Shown one piece after another: positions 13,631-28,670 of a stretch of DNA of 64,000 bases. Position numbers and translations under genes: made by a program. Position 1 is the first letter of the stretch; each line of letters begins with the position of its first letter. The notes below the pieces were generated by a model. It was not told the DNA's origin, did no database searches, and saw only the letters and a program-made list of their open reading frames with translations. Source of the stretch: the human T2T-CHM13v2.0 reference genome, Homo sapiens. The DNA lies in NCBI RefSeq assembly GCF_009914755.1, contig NC_060927.1. One strand, 5' to 3'.

Positions 13631-15010
13631 ATTTTTCCCAATCAATTTGAGGTAGGCATATTATCCTCCCATTTTACAAATTAGAAACTGAGGCACAAAC
13701 AGTTGAATAATTTACCCAATATCATAGAGTTTATTAATAAGAAACACCCAGTTTTGCATTTATGCAACTCAGTCCAAGAGCCCACACTTTTAATTATTAC
13801 TCCCTGTTTAATGACCTCTCAACCAAACATGGGCCACTTGGGCAATAGTTGTGAAGTAAGCATTTTAAATTCTCAGGCGTTTATTATATGTTTCCATTCT
13901 GTGAACTACACATGTGTAGGAGGACATTGAATGGATGTGATATGACTTTGCTTAGTGACTGAGTTGCATTTACCACTTTAAATTATCTCTCCTTTTTGGG
14001 GAGAGGTTTAGGTTAACCCTTAGATCTAGAAATAGGTTTGCCTCTTTCTTTTTCTTTCTCCCTTTTATGTCACTTCTAGGCTTGTGAGAGGCTAAGATGA
14101 TTGTCACTTTTCCCCTCTGATTTGCACATCCCCAATTATCCTGAAGAAGTTTTCCAGAATAAGCCATCAAGTTATATCCTAAAGGATATACCTATCCTTT
14201 AGATCTCATTTAGAAATACTGGAGTTTAAAGCACTGGTCTAAGGCGATCTTCCAATCTGGCAGTTAAAGAAAGTTTCTAAACGCTGTTTCTGGTTGACCA
14301 CTGCTTTTGACTGCCCTAGGAAAAACATCAGAAAGACTTTTATGTCATTAGAGCTGCCAAAATTGGCATAAGAATATAAATTTTCTTATTAAATCTGTCC
14401 TAACTCAGTCAACAGAGATGTGGACAATGGAACGAACGGACATTTTATACAAAAGAAAGACTGCCAAACACATAGGCACAGTGAAGCCACAATTATTACC
14501 TCTTTGAAACTCCTACCATGACCACAATATGTCTTTTTATTAGCTTTATACACACTGGGTGATTTTCAGAATATTCTATAATCAACATTTTCTCCTTCAG
14601 CACCCTGAGAAAATAGAGATGTTCAAATGATGGCTCCATAAATATCTATGGAGAAAAATCACAATGCCTAGGATGTTTCTTGATGAAAAAGCATTCTCAC
14701 ATTTCTGTCGGAACAGAAATACTATGATATTTCTGGCAAGTAAGAGTTCATATACAAATATGGCTGCTGAGATGTCAACAGGTCAGCTCTTCACACCCAA
14801 GCTGTTAGGGAAGAACTATTCAAATCTGTCACCCAGAAGAAATAATAACCGTAGCACCTTTCCTTAAATGATACTTCACAGTGTTCAAAAAGCTTTTATA
14901 GGTGGTGGTGTAAGAAGCATGGGAGATGTAGGAACTGGATTATTTTTATTTTTCTCTTCTCTGACAGTCTGACTATGCGTTCCTCCTCCACACAGTAAAA
15001 ATGAACTGCT

Positions 15011-15320
15011 CTGTGATAGTATTTAAGTTATTATCTCTAAGCTCCAAATCTGCCCCCTGCTTTGTGATGGTAGAATTGGGACTCTACAAACCACACTTCT
15101 GCTTTGCAAGCTGATCCCAGTTAAGCTTTGCTAACAGGAGGCACTTCAGGGTGACTCCAAGGTTGGAGGAGGAAAAAGGGATTTGTTTCTTACTGTTCTA
15201 GCTTTGCTGCTTGTTCCTTTGAATGTCACTCCAATGATGCTACTTCATCTCAGCAGGAGAAATTCCTTTCTATAGCAGAAACTAAATTTAGTTTATAGTT
15301 TCTCTAGCACTTGTAGGAGT
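15011..15320 (+). mobile_element. ERVL LTR (LTR33-like) fragment
   Basis: tgtgatagtatttaag...ctctaagctccaaat...ctacaaaccacacttctgctttgc. Confidence 0.5.
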
Positions 15321-16314
15321 GCTCCATTGCTCCATCTCCAGAGACATTCACCTCTAGGAAGAGGCTGGAGCTCCCTCAAGAGTCTGGTTTCAGCCCCTGA
15401 GACCCTCTGCTGAACTCAGGGACCCATTAATTAACAGAAAGCAAAACTCAGACTGGCTTAAGTAGAAAAGGAGACTTACTGGCTCAGAAGTCCAGGAGTT
15501 GGAAGAGTTTCACTATTGGTTGATCTAGTTCAGTGATATCACCAAGGACTGAGTTTTAGTATTTTTTTCTTCTTGCACTCTACTACCCAGGTCCAGCTTC
15601 ATTCCATGACTGATTTTGTGGTACCTTTTCCCCCAACCAGTGAACAAAATCCTTGTTCATTGCATTGTTTGGACTAAACTGAACCAATCATGGTGAATAG
15701 GTACTATGTACTGATTGGTGTAGGATTGGGTTACTGACCATTCTTAAGCTAGTTGTCATGTCAAGGTCGATGTGAGGATAAGGTAAGATTATTCTGATTC
15801 GCATACTAATCAGGACTCATTCATTTCTTGGACTGGCCATGAGGTTCAGGTGCCCAAAGCCAATGAACCATCTGAGAAAGAGGTAGATATTTTTAGAAAG
15901 GGGGAATAGGTTGCTGGATAAATTACCAATTTACCAATGGGTACTGGCTGTCCAGTACCCATACAAATCCTTCTTCCTGTCCATACTCTCAGAAACATCT
16001 ATGTTTTCCTACTAGAAACAACTCAAGATTTAGTATGTTAGCTCCAAGTTCCTTTTGATTCTCTGGGTGATGTGGGATCCTCTCCTTCATGTCTGGCTGA
16101 AACGTCTCATAGTCTAGGGACTTTCGTTAATAATATGTTATCCATCTATAACACAATCCATATAAACTGATGAAGAAAGAACAGGATAACTTTAATTAAA
16201 AAAAGAATCCCATTTGGAAAAGAGAAGAGTGGGAAACAACCCACAGTGGCCATTAGTCTATGACAGTATCATTCCTGCTGGACAGAAGTAATGGGGACTA
16301 GATTCCAGTAGTGA

Positions 16315-16888
<574 letters not shown>

Positions 16889-17141
16889 ACATTCAACAAG
16901 TTTCTTAAACTCTTTGTGCTTCAGTCTCCTCAGATGTAAAACAAAGACAATAATAGTACTTACCTCTTAAAATTAGTAAGCATGCAAAGAGGAAATGAAT
17001 GCATGCAAAATTCTTAGAACATTATTTAACATATATTGAGTGCTCAGGAAATGTTAGTTATGATTATTTCAACTAGCCATTGAGGAGGATAATATGATAC
17101 TTTCGGGGTGCCTTTGGCAGAAGAATGTCCCTCAATTATTT

Positions 17142-19085
17142 TTTGTTTTCAGAGATTCAGAGGGTACATGTGCATGTTTGTTGCATGGACGTATTGCATA
17201 TGGTAGGGTTTGGGCTTCTAGTGTGGCCATTACCTGAACAGTGAACATTATATCAAATAGGTAATTTTTCAACCATCACCCTCCTCCCAGTCTCCCCTCT
17301 TTTGGATTCACCAGTGTCTATTATTTCCATCTTTGTGCCCATGTGTACCCTCTGTTTACAGAGGTACTTATAAGTGAGAACATGTGGTACTTGATTTTCT
17401 GTTTCTGAGTTATTTCACTTAGGATAATGGTCTCCAGCTCCATCCATGTTGCTGCAAAAGACATTATTTTATTCTTTTTTATGGATGCATAATATTCCAT
17501 GATGTATATATGCCACTTTTTTTTTCCAGCAAAATAATTTTATTTCCTAACTTATGGTAACATATACATCCAATGTGTGCTCACCTTGCACATCTATTCA
17601 CAAATGACTTCCAAAAGACAACTGCTTTGATATTTAAGCATGTGCTCAAAGTTATCTTAGTTGAGATTTGAAAAATGCTTTAAACAGATAACATTCTGAG
17701 TATATTGGATTGGTCACAGCAGAATTTACTTTAGTTAGATGAGTTCTACAAATTTAAAGCTTTGAAAAGCTACTACTTTTCCCATCCAGATGAATACGAT
17801 GCAGCAATATCAGCTTGTATTCCAGAGAAATCTCATTAAGTTTTTCTGGTAATGGAACCACTTATCCACATCTGTTGGTACCGTGCAGGCAGATTCACAG
17901 GGTGGTGGTAAAGCATCCACAATGGCTCTGGCAGCATCAGGATCACACTTGAAGGGGCTCTTGGACACAGTTGTATTCATGCAACTGATTCCTTTTACAT
18001 TCATTTTCTTAGTCACTAATGCTTTCCAATGGTCATGAGTGGTTTTAATAGTATCAATGGCAAAGTCCTTATCTTTAAATTCTGCATTAAAAGCAAACTC
18101 ATTTCTAGTTTTCCATCAGGAACCTTATACCTTCTAACCCAGTCCACAGTAGCTTCTAAGTAGCCAGGTTTCAGCTGTTTGACATCATTGATATCATTAC
18201 AATTGGCTGCATCAGGATCATCTACATTGATGGCAATGACTTTCCAGTTAGTTTCCCCTTTGTCAATCATAGCCAATATGCCTAGAACTTTCATGCCAAT
18301 TATTTCACCTCTTGCACATACCTTGCTTCCAATTTCACACACATCAATTGGGTCACTGTCACCACAACAGCCAGTATGTTCATCATTGTGCCCTGGGTCT
18401 TTCCAAGTCTGAGGGATGGCACCATAGTTCCAGATATATCCTTTATACGGGAACAAATTCGCAACATAACGAAGTTTTTCTTTTTTCACATCTTGTTTAA
18501 TGGGGTTTAAAGGGTCCTTTGTAGCAATCTCCATTTTTGCATTAGACAGCGTGGTACTTCCAACCACCACGTGGAACACATCCTTATCTGCATAAATTGG
18601 AATATTATGAAATGGAGATATATATTGTCCTTTCTCATTTTTGAGGAAGACTCGGTACTACAGGGAGAAGGGTGCGGTGTGCACTTCGGTGCTGAAGCCG
18701 CTCATTGCGCCAGAGTCCAGCCACCGCCGCTGTCACAGAGCCACTGGCCCCGCAGGCGTTGCCGACTGACAAAAGGAGAGAGCCCTGCGCCTGCGCGCTG
18801 CAAGCACTCTATAGCACCTTTTTTTTTTTTTTTAAATCCAATCATCTGTTGATGGATACATAGGTTGATGCCATGACTTTGCTATTGTGAATAGTGCTAC
18901 AATAAACATAAGAATGAAGGTTTTTTTTTTTGATATAACAATTTCTCTTCCTTTGGGTAGATGCCCAGTAGGGGGGTTGTTGAGGGGGGTTGTTAGTTAT
19001 TTGAGAAAAGGGAATACTTCTACACTGTTGGTGGGAATGTAGATTAGTATAACCTCTATGGAAAATAGCTGGAGATTTCTCAAAT
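17142..19085 (-). mobile_element. 5'-truncated, 5'-inverted L1PB-type element interrupted by the PPA1 retrocopy
   Basis: L1PB-type 3'UTR 17142-17516, resuming 18818-19008; inverted plus-oriented segment ~19003-19085; decayed TSD at 17122-17141 / 19086-19104. Confidence 0.8.
17517..18809 (-). pseudogene. PPA1: Processed pseudogene of inorganic pyrophosphatase 1 (symbol given is the parent gene)
   Basis: Intronless. ATG at 18705 (MSGFST..); [22 protein letters not shown]...DPIDVCEIG...RRYKVPDGK...DKWFHYQKN with frameshifts. AATAAA (tttatt 17539-17544), poly(A) 17517-17525, and GC-rich 5' leader retained. Confidence 0.97.
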
Positions 19086-20619
19086 AGAACTTCCTTCAGT
19101 ATTTAATAGGCTTCTGACCTAATTGCTTCTGGTCAGTTCTGTAGTCAGATATTTGGTAATAGAGATCAGATTCATAATCCTTGAGTTTGGAAAGTAGATC
19201 TTTTGAGGATAGGTATTGGTTCATGTGCAACTGGCCATAATTTTCCACCCACTTTTGTTTTGAAACACAAATATCTTAGATCATCTCACTAATGCGTATG
19301 ACTAGCTAGGTCTTGTTTCTTTGCCTTTTCTTGAACCAAAGCTTCCACTAGGAATACCCACTGTGATCTATATCCATAGTGCATGCTTGCCAAGCTGTAA
19401 AATCAACTGTCAGGCAAAGTTGGAAGGGTAAATCCCCAGCCACCAGTGCTCAACTACTCTGCCCTATTGAGGCTGGCGTCATCTTGGCTGACTGTATGAT
19501 TGCGGGCCTTATATTACCTTTATCTTTCTTGCCCAGGTTGATGGGAGCAGTTTATAGACAGAAGAATGCCTCATGACAATATGTCGATCAACAAAATGGG
19601 CACCTGAACTATTTAAGGCATTATACCAGGCATCATCCCCTTTCATTGCCATTGCTCCAACACTAGCTGAAGTTTGAGCTGCTCTATAAGACTTTTGTAA
19701 AGGTCTATTGGGAGAAAATATGAAGACAGGCCCAGGCATTTATAGAAAGGCTTTATTTTGTATCCATTTTCACACATCACCCAGACAAATCATGAATTTT
19801 ACTTTTCCAATTTTCATATAAAACTACATACACCGCACTGTACATGTAAAACAAATTTGGAAAGGAGCCTCAAGCTGGCCTCTGAAATTGTGTAAGCAAT
19901 TATCACATTTTTGTGCGCAAATGCAGTAATTATATGTGTAATTTGGCAGCTGGGTTTGAAAATTTGGCCTTAAATGGAACATAGACAGGAAAAATAAATG
20001 TTGGAAAATGCCAATATTTTATAAAGATTTTGAATCAAATAATGGTGGAATTATTGCAAGCCATCTTAATTTTTAATTATAATGATCATTACACAATATA
20101 CAATAATTTTTTGAGGAAGAAAAGAACTATAGATCAATTGCCCATAGTTTTTGTCAGAAAAAAATGCCTAATTTCTTTGGGAGGATAATTGTATTTTTCA
20201 GAGGTTATGGTACATATTTCAAAAGCTTTTTTTTCTTATAAAGAAAAGATAGTGATTGCCTAGTAGTTCAAGTTCTATGACATATTTTACTATGGGAAGA
20301 ATAGAACTCTTTGTACTGATTAGAGGAAAAGTAGTATTAAGTCTGTACTTATATTTGAGCTAGTAATCTTAAATTAGATAAAGCTTTCTTATAAGCTTTA
20401 AGCTTTGGAATATAAGATTACAGCCTAAATGAAGAGTAATTTAGATTTCTTTGATCTAGATTTAAATTGAATTTACATAGTAAAATCATAGTTTTTATAT
20501 TGTCATCAAGATTGACTCTAATGCATGTGCTTTTTCATGTGGTTAGGAGGGCTAGGGATTGGATTTAATATAAGGATGGCTGTGGAGTAGTATCTTCTAT
20601 TCTTAGCAGGGTAATGGAG

Positions 20620-20830
20620 AGGTTGATTTTGCAGGTTCTGTAGTCAGCCAGCCTGGATTCCAATCCTGGCCTTACTACTCTAGTAGCCCTTTCTGCACCT
20701 CAGTTTCCTCATCTGGTAAAATGGGAGTGGTAATATGTCCATCAAATAGAGGTTTTGTCAGGACTGAATGAGATAATCATCTAAAGCACTTTGTACAGTA
20801 TCTGGCTCTGGTAAGACCTCAAACATGGCA
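20620..20830 (+). mobile_element. MIR
   Basis: cctcagtttcctcatctggtaaaatggg...gaatgagataat core. Confidence 0.75.
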
Positions 20831-21629
20831 AGCTTTTTTTTTTTAAATCATCATTTGCTTTCAGTGTTTAAATTGCAATCATGACTAAGTGATCAGAAGA
20901 GATTGTGCAACTCAGAAATGCAATCTGAGGGGAAGAGAAAGCCAGTGAGTGACCCAAGTATGTGGAAAGTTCTCAAGAAATTCAGGTTCTTCATGATGAG
21001 GTAGTGTCCCCAATAGAATGATAAAGGAAGAAGACAGTGTGGGCTGAGCTCAGTTGTGGAATTTTATTTCAATTCTGTATCTAGCAATTACAGCCTTCCA
21101 GGCCCGTGCTAAGCTAGGGTATAAAGAAAGATTAAGCAAGTCTCTCTCTAGGAGCCTACAATCTTTAGAAGGAATTAGATAAGTACGCAAATGGTTATAA
21201 TGCATGATGCAATACAGTCCAGGGAGAAATGAACAAAAAAGATGCCATGGGCATTATAAAAAAGAATGGGGGAAAAATACATAGGTTTTTTTTTTCACTA
21301 AGATTCTGCAAGTTTTCTTAGAATAGGTAACTTTTGAGGTAGGCATCAAATATTGTAAAGGTTTTGGTTAAGCAGACGTAATTGTACTGGGGAGAAATTC
21401 CAGGTGAAGAAGAGGAGAGAAGAGAAGGGTGCACCCAAGAATACCTGGGGCTTCCAACGTGGTGAGGAGTCATGGACACAGGCCATTAAGGGAGGCTTGG
21501 CTGTATTAAGGGAGGCTTGGCTGTATTTGGAAAGCCTTTAAATGATATGGTGAGAAGGCTGCTTCAATTTCATAAGCAGCAGGCAGCTTTTAAAGAGGAG
21601 TGTTTTGATTTGATCTGTATCATGCCTTA

Positions 21630-21792
21630 GATAATCACTTTGAGATCTTGTTAAAACCCATATTCCTGTCCCCCTCTCCCAGAGATTCTGATTCAGTAGG
21701 TTTAGGGTGAAGCCCCAGAATTTGCATTTCCAACAATGTCACATGTTACACTGATGCTGTGGGTTCACAAAATACATCACAAATAGCACTGC
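21630..21792. mobile_element. MER5A-like hAT MITE
   Basis: ccagagattctgattcagtaggtttagggtg...gaatttgcatttc. Confidence 0.7.
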
Positions 21793-21952
21793 CTTCCAAA
21801 AGTTTTGTTTGCATGTCCCATTAGTAGAAGAATTTTGAGTGTGTATCCTCACTGTATTTTTACTCATTTGTAAGTTATAGACAAACTACCATGTCAATAT
21901 CTATTATGTATATCATAAAACCTATACCAATTATAACCCTAAAGGCTGAGCT

Positions 21953-22258
<306 letters not shown>

Positions 22259-22796
22259 CTAATGGTAATCATAGCTTTATTTTTATTTAAATTATTAATA
22301 GTACAGAAGTTTTTGCTCTCACTAAAATTATAATTATATTTGAGTATGCATCACTATTTTACAAACTTTTGTTAAAAAAATTCTTTGGCTTTTGTTAAAA
22401 CATTCAAATGTGTTTCTCAATTCAGCTTTTCAGCACTTTGTTGTAATGGTTTTTGCAACTAAAAAACATGTCTCACAAAGACGCATAAATCCAAATGGAA
22501 GAATTTCCTTACTGGCTGTTTTAAGTAATTCCCATTCACCAAATTTGAAAATGCTTATGTTAAAATTTGGCTAGTAGATTTCCATCTTCTTTGATGTCAA
22601 TCAGTAGTTCTTACAGACAATTAGGCAATATTACTGTTGTTTTATTGTTATCAAAATGCGTTCAAATTCCACTGAAATTTTTTGTTTAGAATAATTTTAA
22701 ACTGGTTTAAAAATCTTGCTTCCAACTTTTTAGAATGTACTAATAGGAGATTTAAAAAAATTGATGATGATTGCATTTATCTTGTTTTTGCATCTA

Positions 22797-22963
<167 letters not shown>

Positions 22964-23005
22964 AGTTCATTATTGAAACATTAACTTTCACCTTGAAGGG
23001 ATAAG

Positions 23006-24311
<1,306 letters not shown>

Positions 24312-25213
24312 TGTTTATTAATATTAAAAAAATACTTGAGAGGTAGCATGCATGCTATGGATAGCCCCCTTATCATCACAGACAAGGTTAGCATATTTGG
24401 AACACTTGTCTATTTTGTAAATATATGTTTTTAGTTCTAAGTTTTAATACTTTGCCACAAGCAAACCTCTGTGCTGTAGAAAATACATCCATAAGTAAAT
24501 ATAAATTGAGAGGTTAATTTATTCTCTCAATTTATTTTAAACAATTAAATTAACTATATTTTAAAGTTTTTTAAAACATAAAATTAACTAAACTGATGAC
24601 ATCTTGCAGTATTTTGTGCACTTCTGGCTTCAATTCCTTAGCTGCAAATGGTTGCCTGTATATAGCAGGATGTCACATGTGATCTGTTTCAGGAAACTTA
24701 GCCAAATCCTTTTAAAATTTTGGTCAAGGGAGTCGCTCTGTTACTTACACAGCTTTACTGTTAAAGAAGTTATTTACTCCTGGGAATACATCTTATCTGC
24801 ATATTTTACCTTTGGCGGTTTGAAAAAAGTACAGTTCTTCATACATTTTATTATTGAAACACAACCTAGTGAAAATCATATGCTGAGACTTGGTAAAAAA
24901 GAAATATTTGGACCCATTCAAATTACATAACAAACTTTGTAAAACAGTAGAATTTGTCCAAATTCTTGATTAAAAATAAAATCTCAGGAATGGTTTCTAT
25001 AAATCTTATGAAAATGGATTCCAATTCCACTGAACTTCCTTGTTTGAAAGATTTTAAACTGGTTAAAAAATCCTGTATTTGTTGACAAAGGTGTCCATTT
25101 TAGTTTGTACCAAATTATTTTGAATGTATTATTTTAACATTCACCAAAGCAAAAAATTAGAATTTCATAATAAAATGTAGCCTTTTGATTTTCACTGTTA
25201 AAAGGAAACTTTA

Positions 25214-25517
<304 letters not shown>

Positions 25518-26825
25518 AAAAGGAAACTTTACATGTTTAGTGAAAGCTTTTAAAGTAAAGGGTTGAGTTTTACTTAATTTAAACATCTTTGAAAAATTGC
25601 ACAGGCTTGTGTCTATGTTTTAGAGTATATTATTTCTCTTTTTTCTTATTTTTGAAGTAGTTTGTTAATTGTGATTGGTTCATGTTATCATTACCATTAT
25701 TTTAAAGCACAGTTCTGTATATGCATACTATAATCATTAACCAATATGTCAAGATGCAATATACACATAGGATGAAACTGTTAATGAAAATATATCTAAA
25801 TCCATATTTTAAATGGTCTTCTAGATAATTTTGAATTTTTAAGGCCAATTTCTTATTACTGATTTTATCTTATAGTGTGTTTGATCAAGAGTTTATACTA
25901 GGGGTAGTAAATAGATTGGGTAGTAAATAGATTCAATAAACAATACAGTTTTCCAGAAACAACCAAGAAATAAAATACATGTCTGATCTCAAGGAGCTTT
26001 AAATTACATAAAGAGACAGGATGTATTCTCATGAAGCCATTCCAGGAGAGTTACAAAGCCATGGATTACTGATTTGGGCAGGACTGTAAACTGAGGAGTA
26101 TGAGGAAGAGGTAGGCTTGCTTTTCCCATGGAATCACTTGCTCCTTGATGAATAAAGTTGTGCCAGACTGATTCATTTCTGTTGACTAAGTCAGCTTCAT
26201 CCAGTCTAATAACTCAGAGGAGAATATAGTAAGACCCAAACACTTTAATATGAGTGAGTTTTAAGGTATTTTATAATTTTCAGGGTTTTTGTGAGGATCA
26301 AATGCCTACCACATTGTCTGGCATATTGTATGTGCTCAGCAATTAGTACTTATTATTGACCGGATTAGGAAGAGGGGTTTGGATGTGGGATGGAACAGCC
26401 TTGTGTGTATCTCTGAGGAGGTGTGTGGTAGAGAAAGGGCTAAAACATTCTGAATCTATTTTAGGATATTATGCAGTTCTGTGAGAATGGGTAAAATGCA
26501 TAAAGTATACTCTTAAGGGTGTATGTGCACTATCTAGGGGGATTGAAAAAAAATGACTGGTATGGAAGGAAATACTTACGTTACTAGGGAGCCTAATTAG
26601 GGAAAGTGGGTTTTAAGAGGAGTTGAACTTTGAGTTGAGAGATAACCAATGAAGTTAGGTGAAATTTAGGAGAGTGAGAAGATCAGGAAATATTCCATGT
26701 GGAAACATTGACATAAAAAAGTAGATCATGAATAAAAACCTGAACTCCTTAAGTTTCTTTTTTTTGAATGTAAAATGGTGCATAATTCCACACAGGCAAA
26801 CAAAATTCTCATTTATTCATTGTCT

Positions 26826-26827
<2 letters not shown>

Positions 26828-26858
<31 letters not shown>
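26828..26858. repeat. (CA)n microsatellite at the AluJ tail
   Basis: About 15 AC units adjoining the Alu 3' end. Confidence 0.9.
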
Positions 26859-26860
<2 letters not shown>

Positions 26861-26861
<1 letters not shown>

Positions 26862-27150
26862 TTAGAGACAGGGTCTCCCTCTGTCACCAAGGCTAGAGTG
26901 CAGTCACATGATCATAGCTCACTACAACCTCGAACTCCCGGGCTCAAGTGATCCTCCCATCTCAGCCTCCTGAGTAACTAAGACTACAGGTGCATGCCAC
27001 TCTGCCCAGCTAATTAAAAATATTTTTTTTGGTAGAGATGAGGTCTCGCTATGTTTCTCAGGCTGGTCTCAAACTTCTGGCCTCTAGCAAGCCCCCTGCC
27101 TCTGCTTCTCAAGGTGCTGGGATTACTGGTGTGAGCCACCGTGCCTGACC
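26861..27150 (-). mobile_element. AluJ within an L2 fragment
   Basis: gagacagggtctc...gatcatagctcac...gggctcaagtgatcctccc (J-type features). Confidence 0.88.
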
Positions 27151-27359
27151 CTAAACCCATATTTATTAAATGCCCACTATGTGCAAGTCACCATTACAGG
27201 CATTGGAAAACAGCAGTGAGCAAAAGAAATAGTCTCTGCTGTCATGGAGTTTACATTCTACTGGTGGCAATAGACACAAAGATAAGTAATAAACAGAGAA
27301 GAGAAATAAAGCAGGATCAGGGTTTTGAGTATAGCCCGATTGTGTGTGTGCGGGTGTAA

Positions 27360-27990
27360 GCATATCTTAGATTCCCTAAAACACAGAGCCTGAGATACAC
27401 CTTATGTCCTAAAAAATCTTAGGAGATGTGGTTCCAGGGCAGCAAAGGTAGGGGAAAAGGGAACATAAAGCAGTGAAATCAGAGAAGCAAATAAAAGGTG
27501 GCGCATTTGGTCACAGCCCCAGAAGGAATAGTTGGCTGCTTGGTCACTAAGGACATTTCCAGAGAGGCTATATGGAGCTTTATGCTTTAAAACTGTCTGC
27601 TGGAGGGAGGAAAGGAGAGAAGTTTATGTTGCTTTCTTCCCACCTTTTGTTTCTCACTGATCAAAGCTTCCCTAACACGATGTTCCACTTCTGGTTTTTG
27701 TTATCTGGTCTCTCTGGGAAGCTACTGGGGAGGCCGGAACCTTCATGGGCCAAGTTGGTTTGGACCTGGACTCAGGAGCTATAGAGGGCTGACTCTCTCT
27801 GCACGGGGAAAGCCGACTCAGCCAGCAGAGCTAAGAGATGAGCAGATGAAGGTGTCAACCAGGGGTTTGATCACAAGAATTGCAGAGCTTTAATTGCATT
27901 TGGTGGAGCTACTCCATCTAGGAAGTAGGGCAAATGGCTGATGTCTGGGAACAGGTAGGACAAATGAATCTGAGGAGGCACATAAATTGG
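27360..27990. mobile_element. MaLR LTR (MLT1-like), approximate
   Basis: tcttagattccctaaaacacagagcctgaga start resembles MLT1F-H ends. Confidence 0.4.
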
Positions 27991-28358
27991 ATCTGTTATA
28001 TGAACTCTTTTCTATGGTGGTCAGACCTCTCGGATAAGGTGCTACTTGAGCAGAGTTCTGAAGTAAGTGAGAAGGCCAACCAGATGGATATCTGGCAGAA
28101 ATTTATTCTTGGCAGAGGGTATCTCAAGTGCAAAGAGCGTGAGGAAAGAATAGGAGGTGGTATCATAGAGTATTTGAGGAGCAGAAAGAAAGCTAGTGTG
28201 GCTAGATTGGAATCAGTTAGGGAAAGGGTGATAGAAGATGAGGTCAGAAAGGCAATGGGGTCCTAGCCCATGAAGGGCTTTCTGGGCCATGATAAGGTCT
28301 TTGGCTTTTTATTCATAGTGAGGTGGAAGCCACTGGAGATGTTGAAGCAGAAGAATGA

Positions 28359-28670
<312 letters not shown>

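Noticed and set aside
18016-18579. Functional PPA1 retrogene
   Set aside because: Frameshifts at both ends and a catalytic Asp>Asn substitution.
21485-21527. 20-bp tandem duplication (also ~16-bp at 25902-25933 and 14-bp at ~33934-33960)
   Set aside because: Ordinary slippage duplications with no sign of function.
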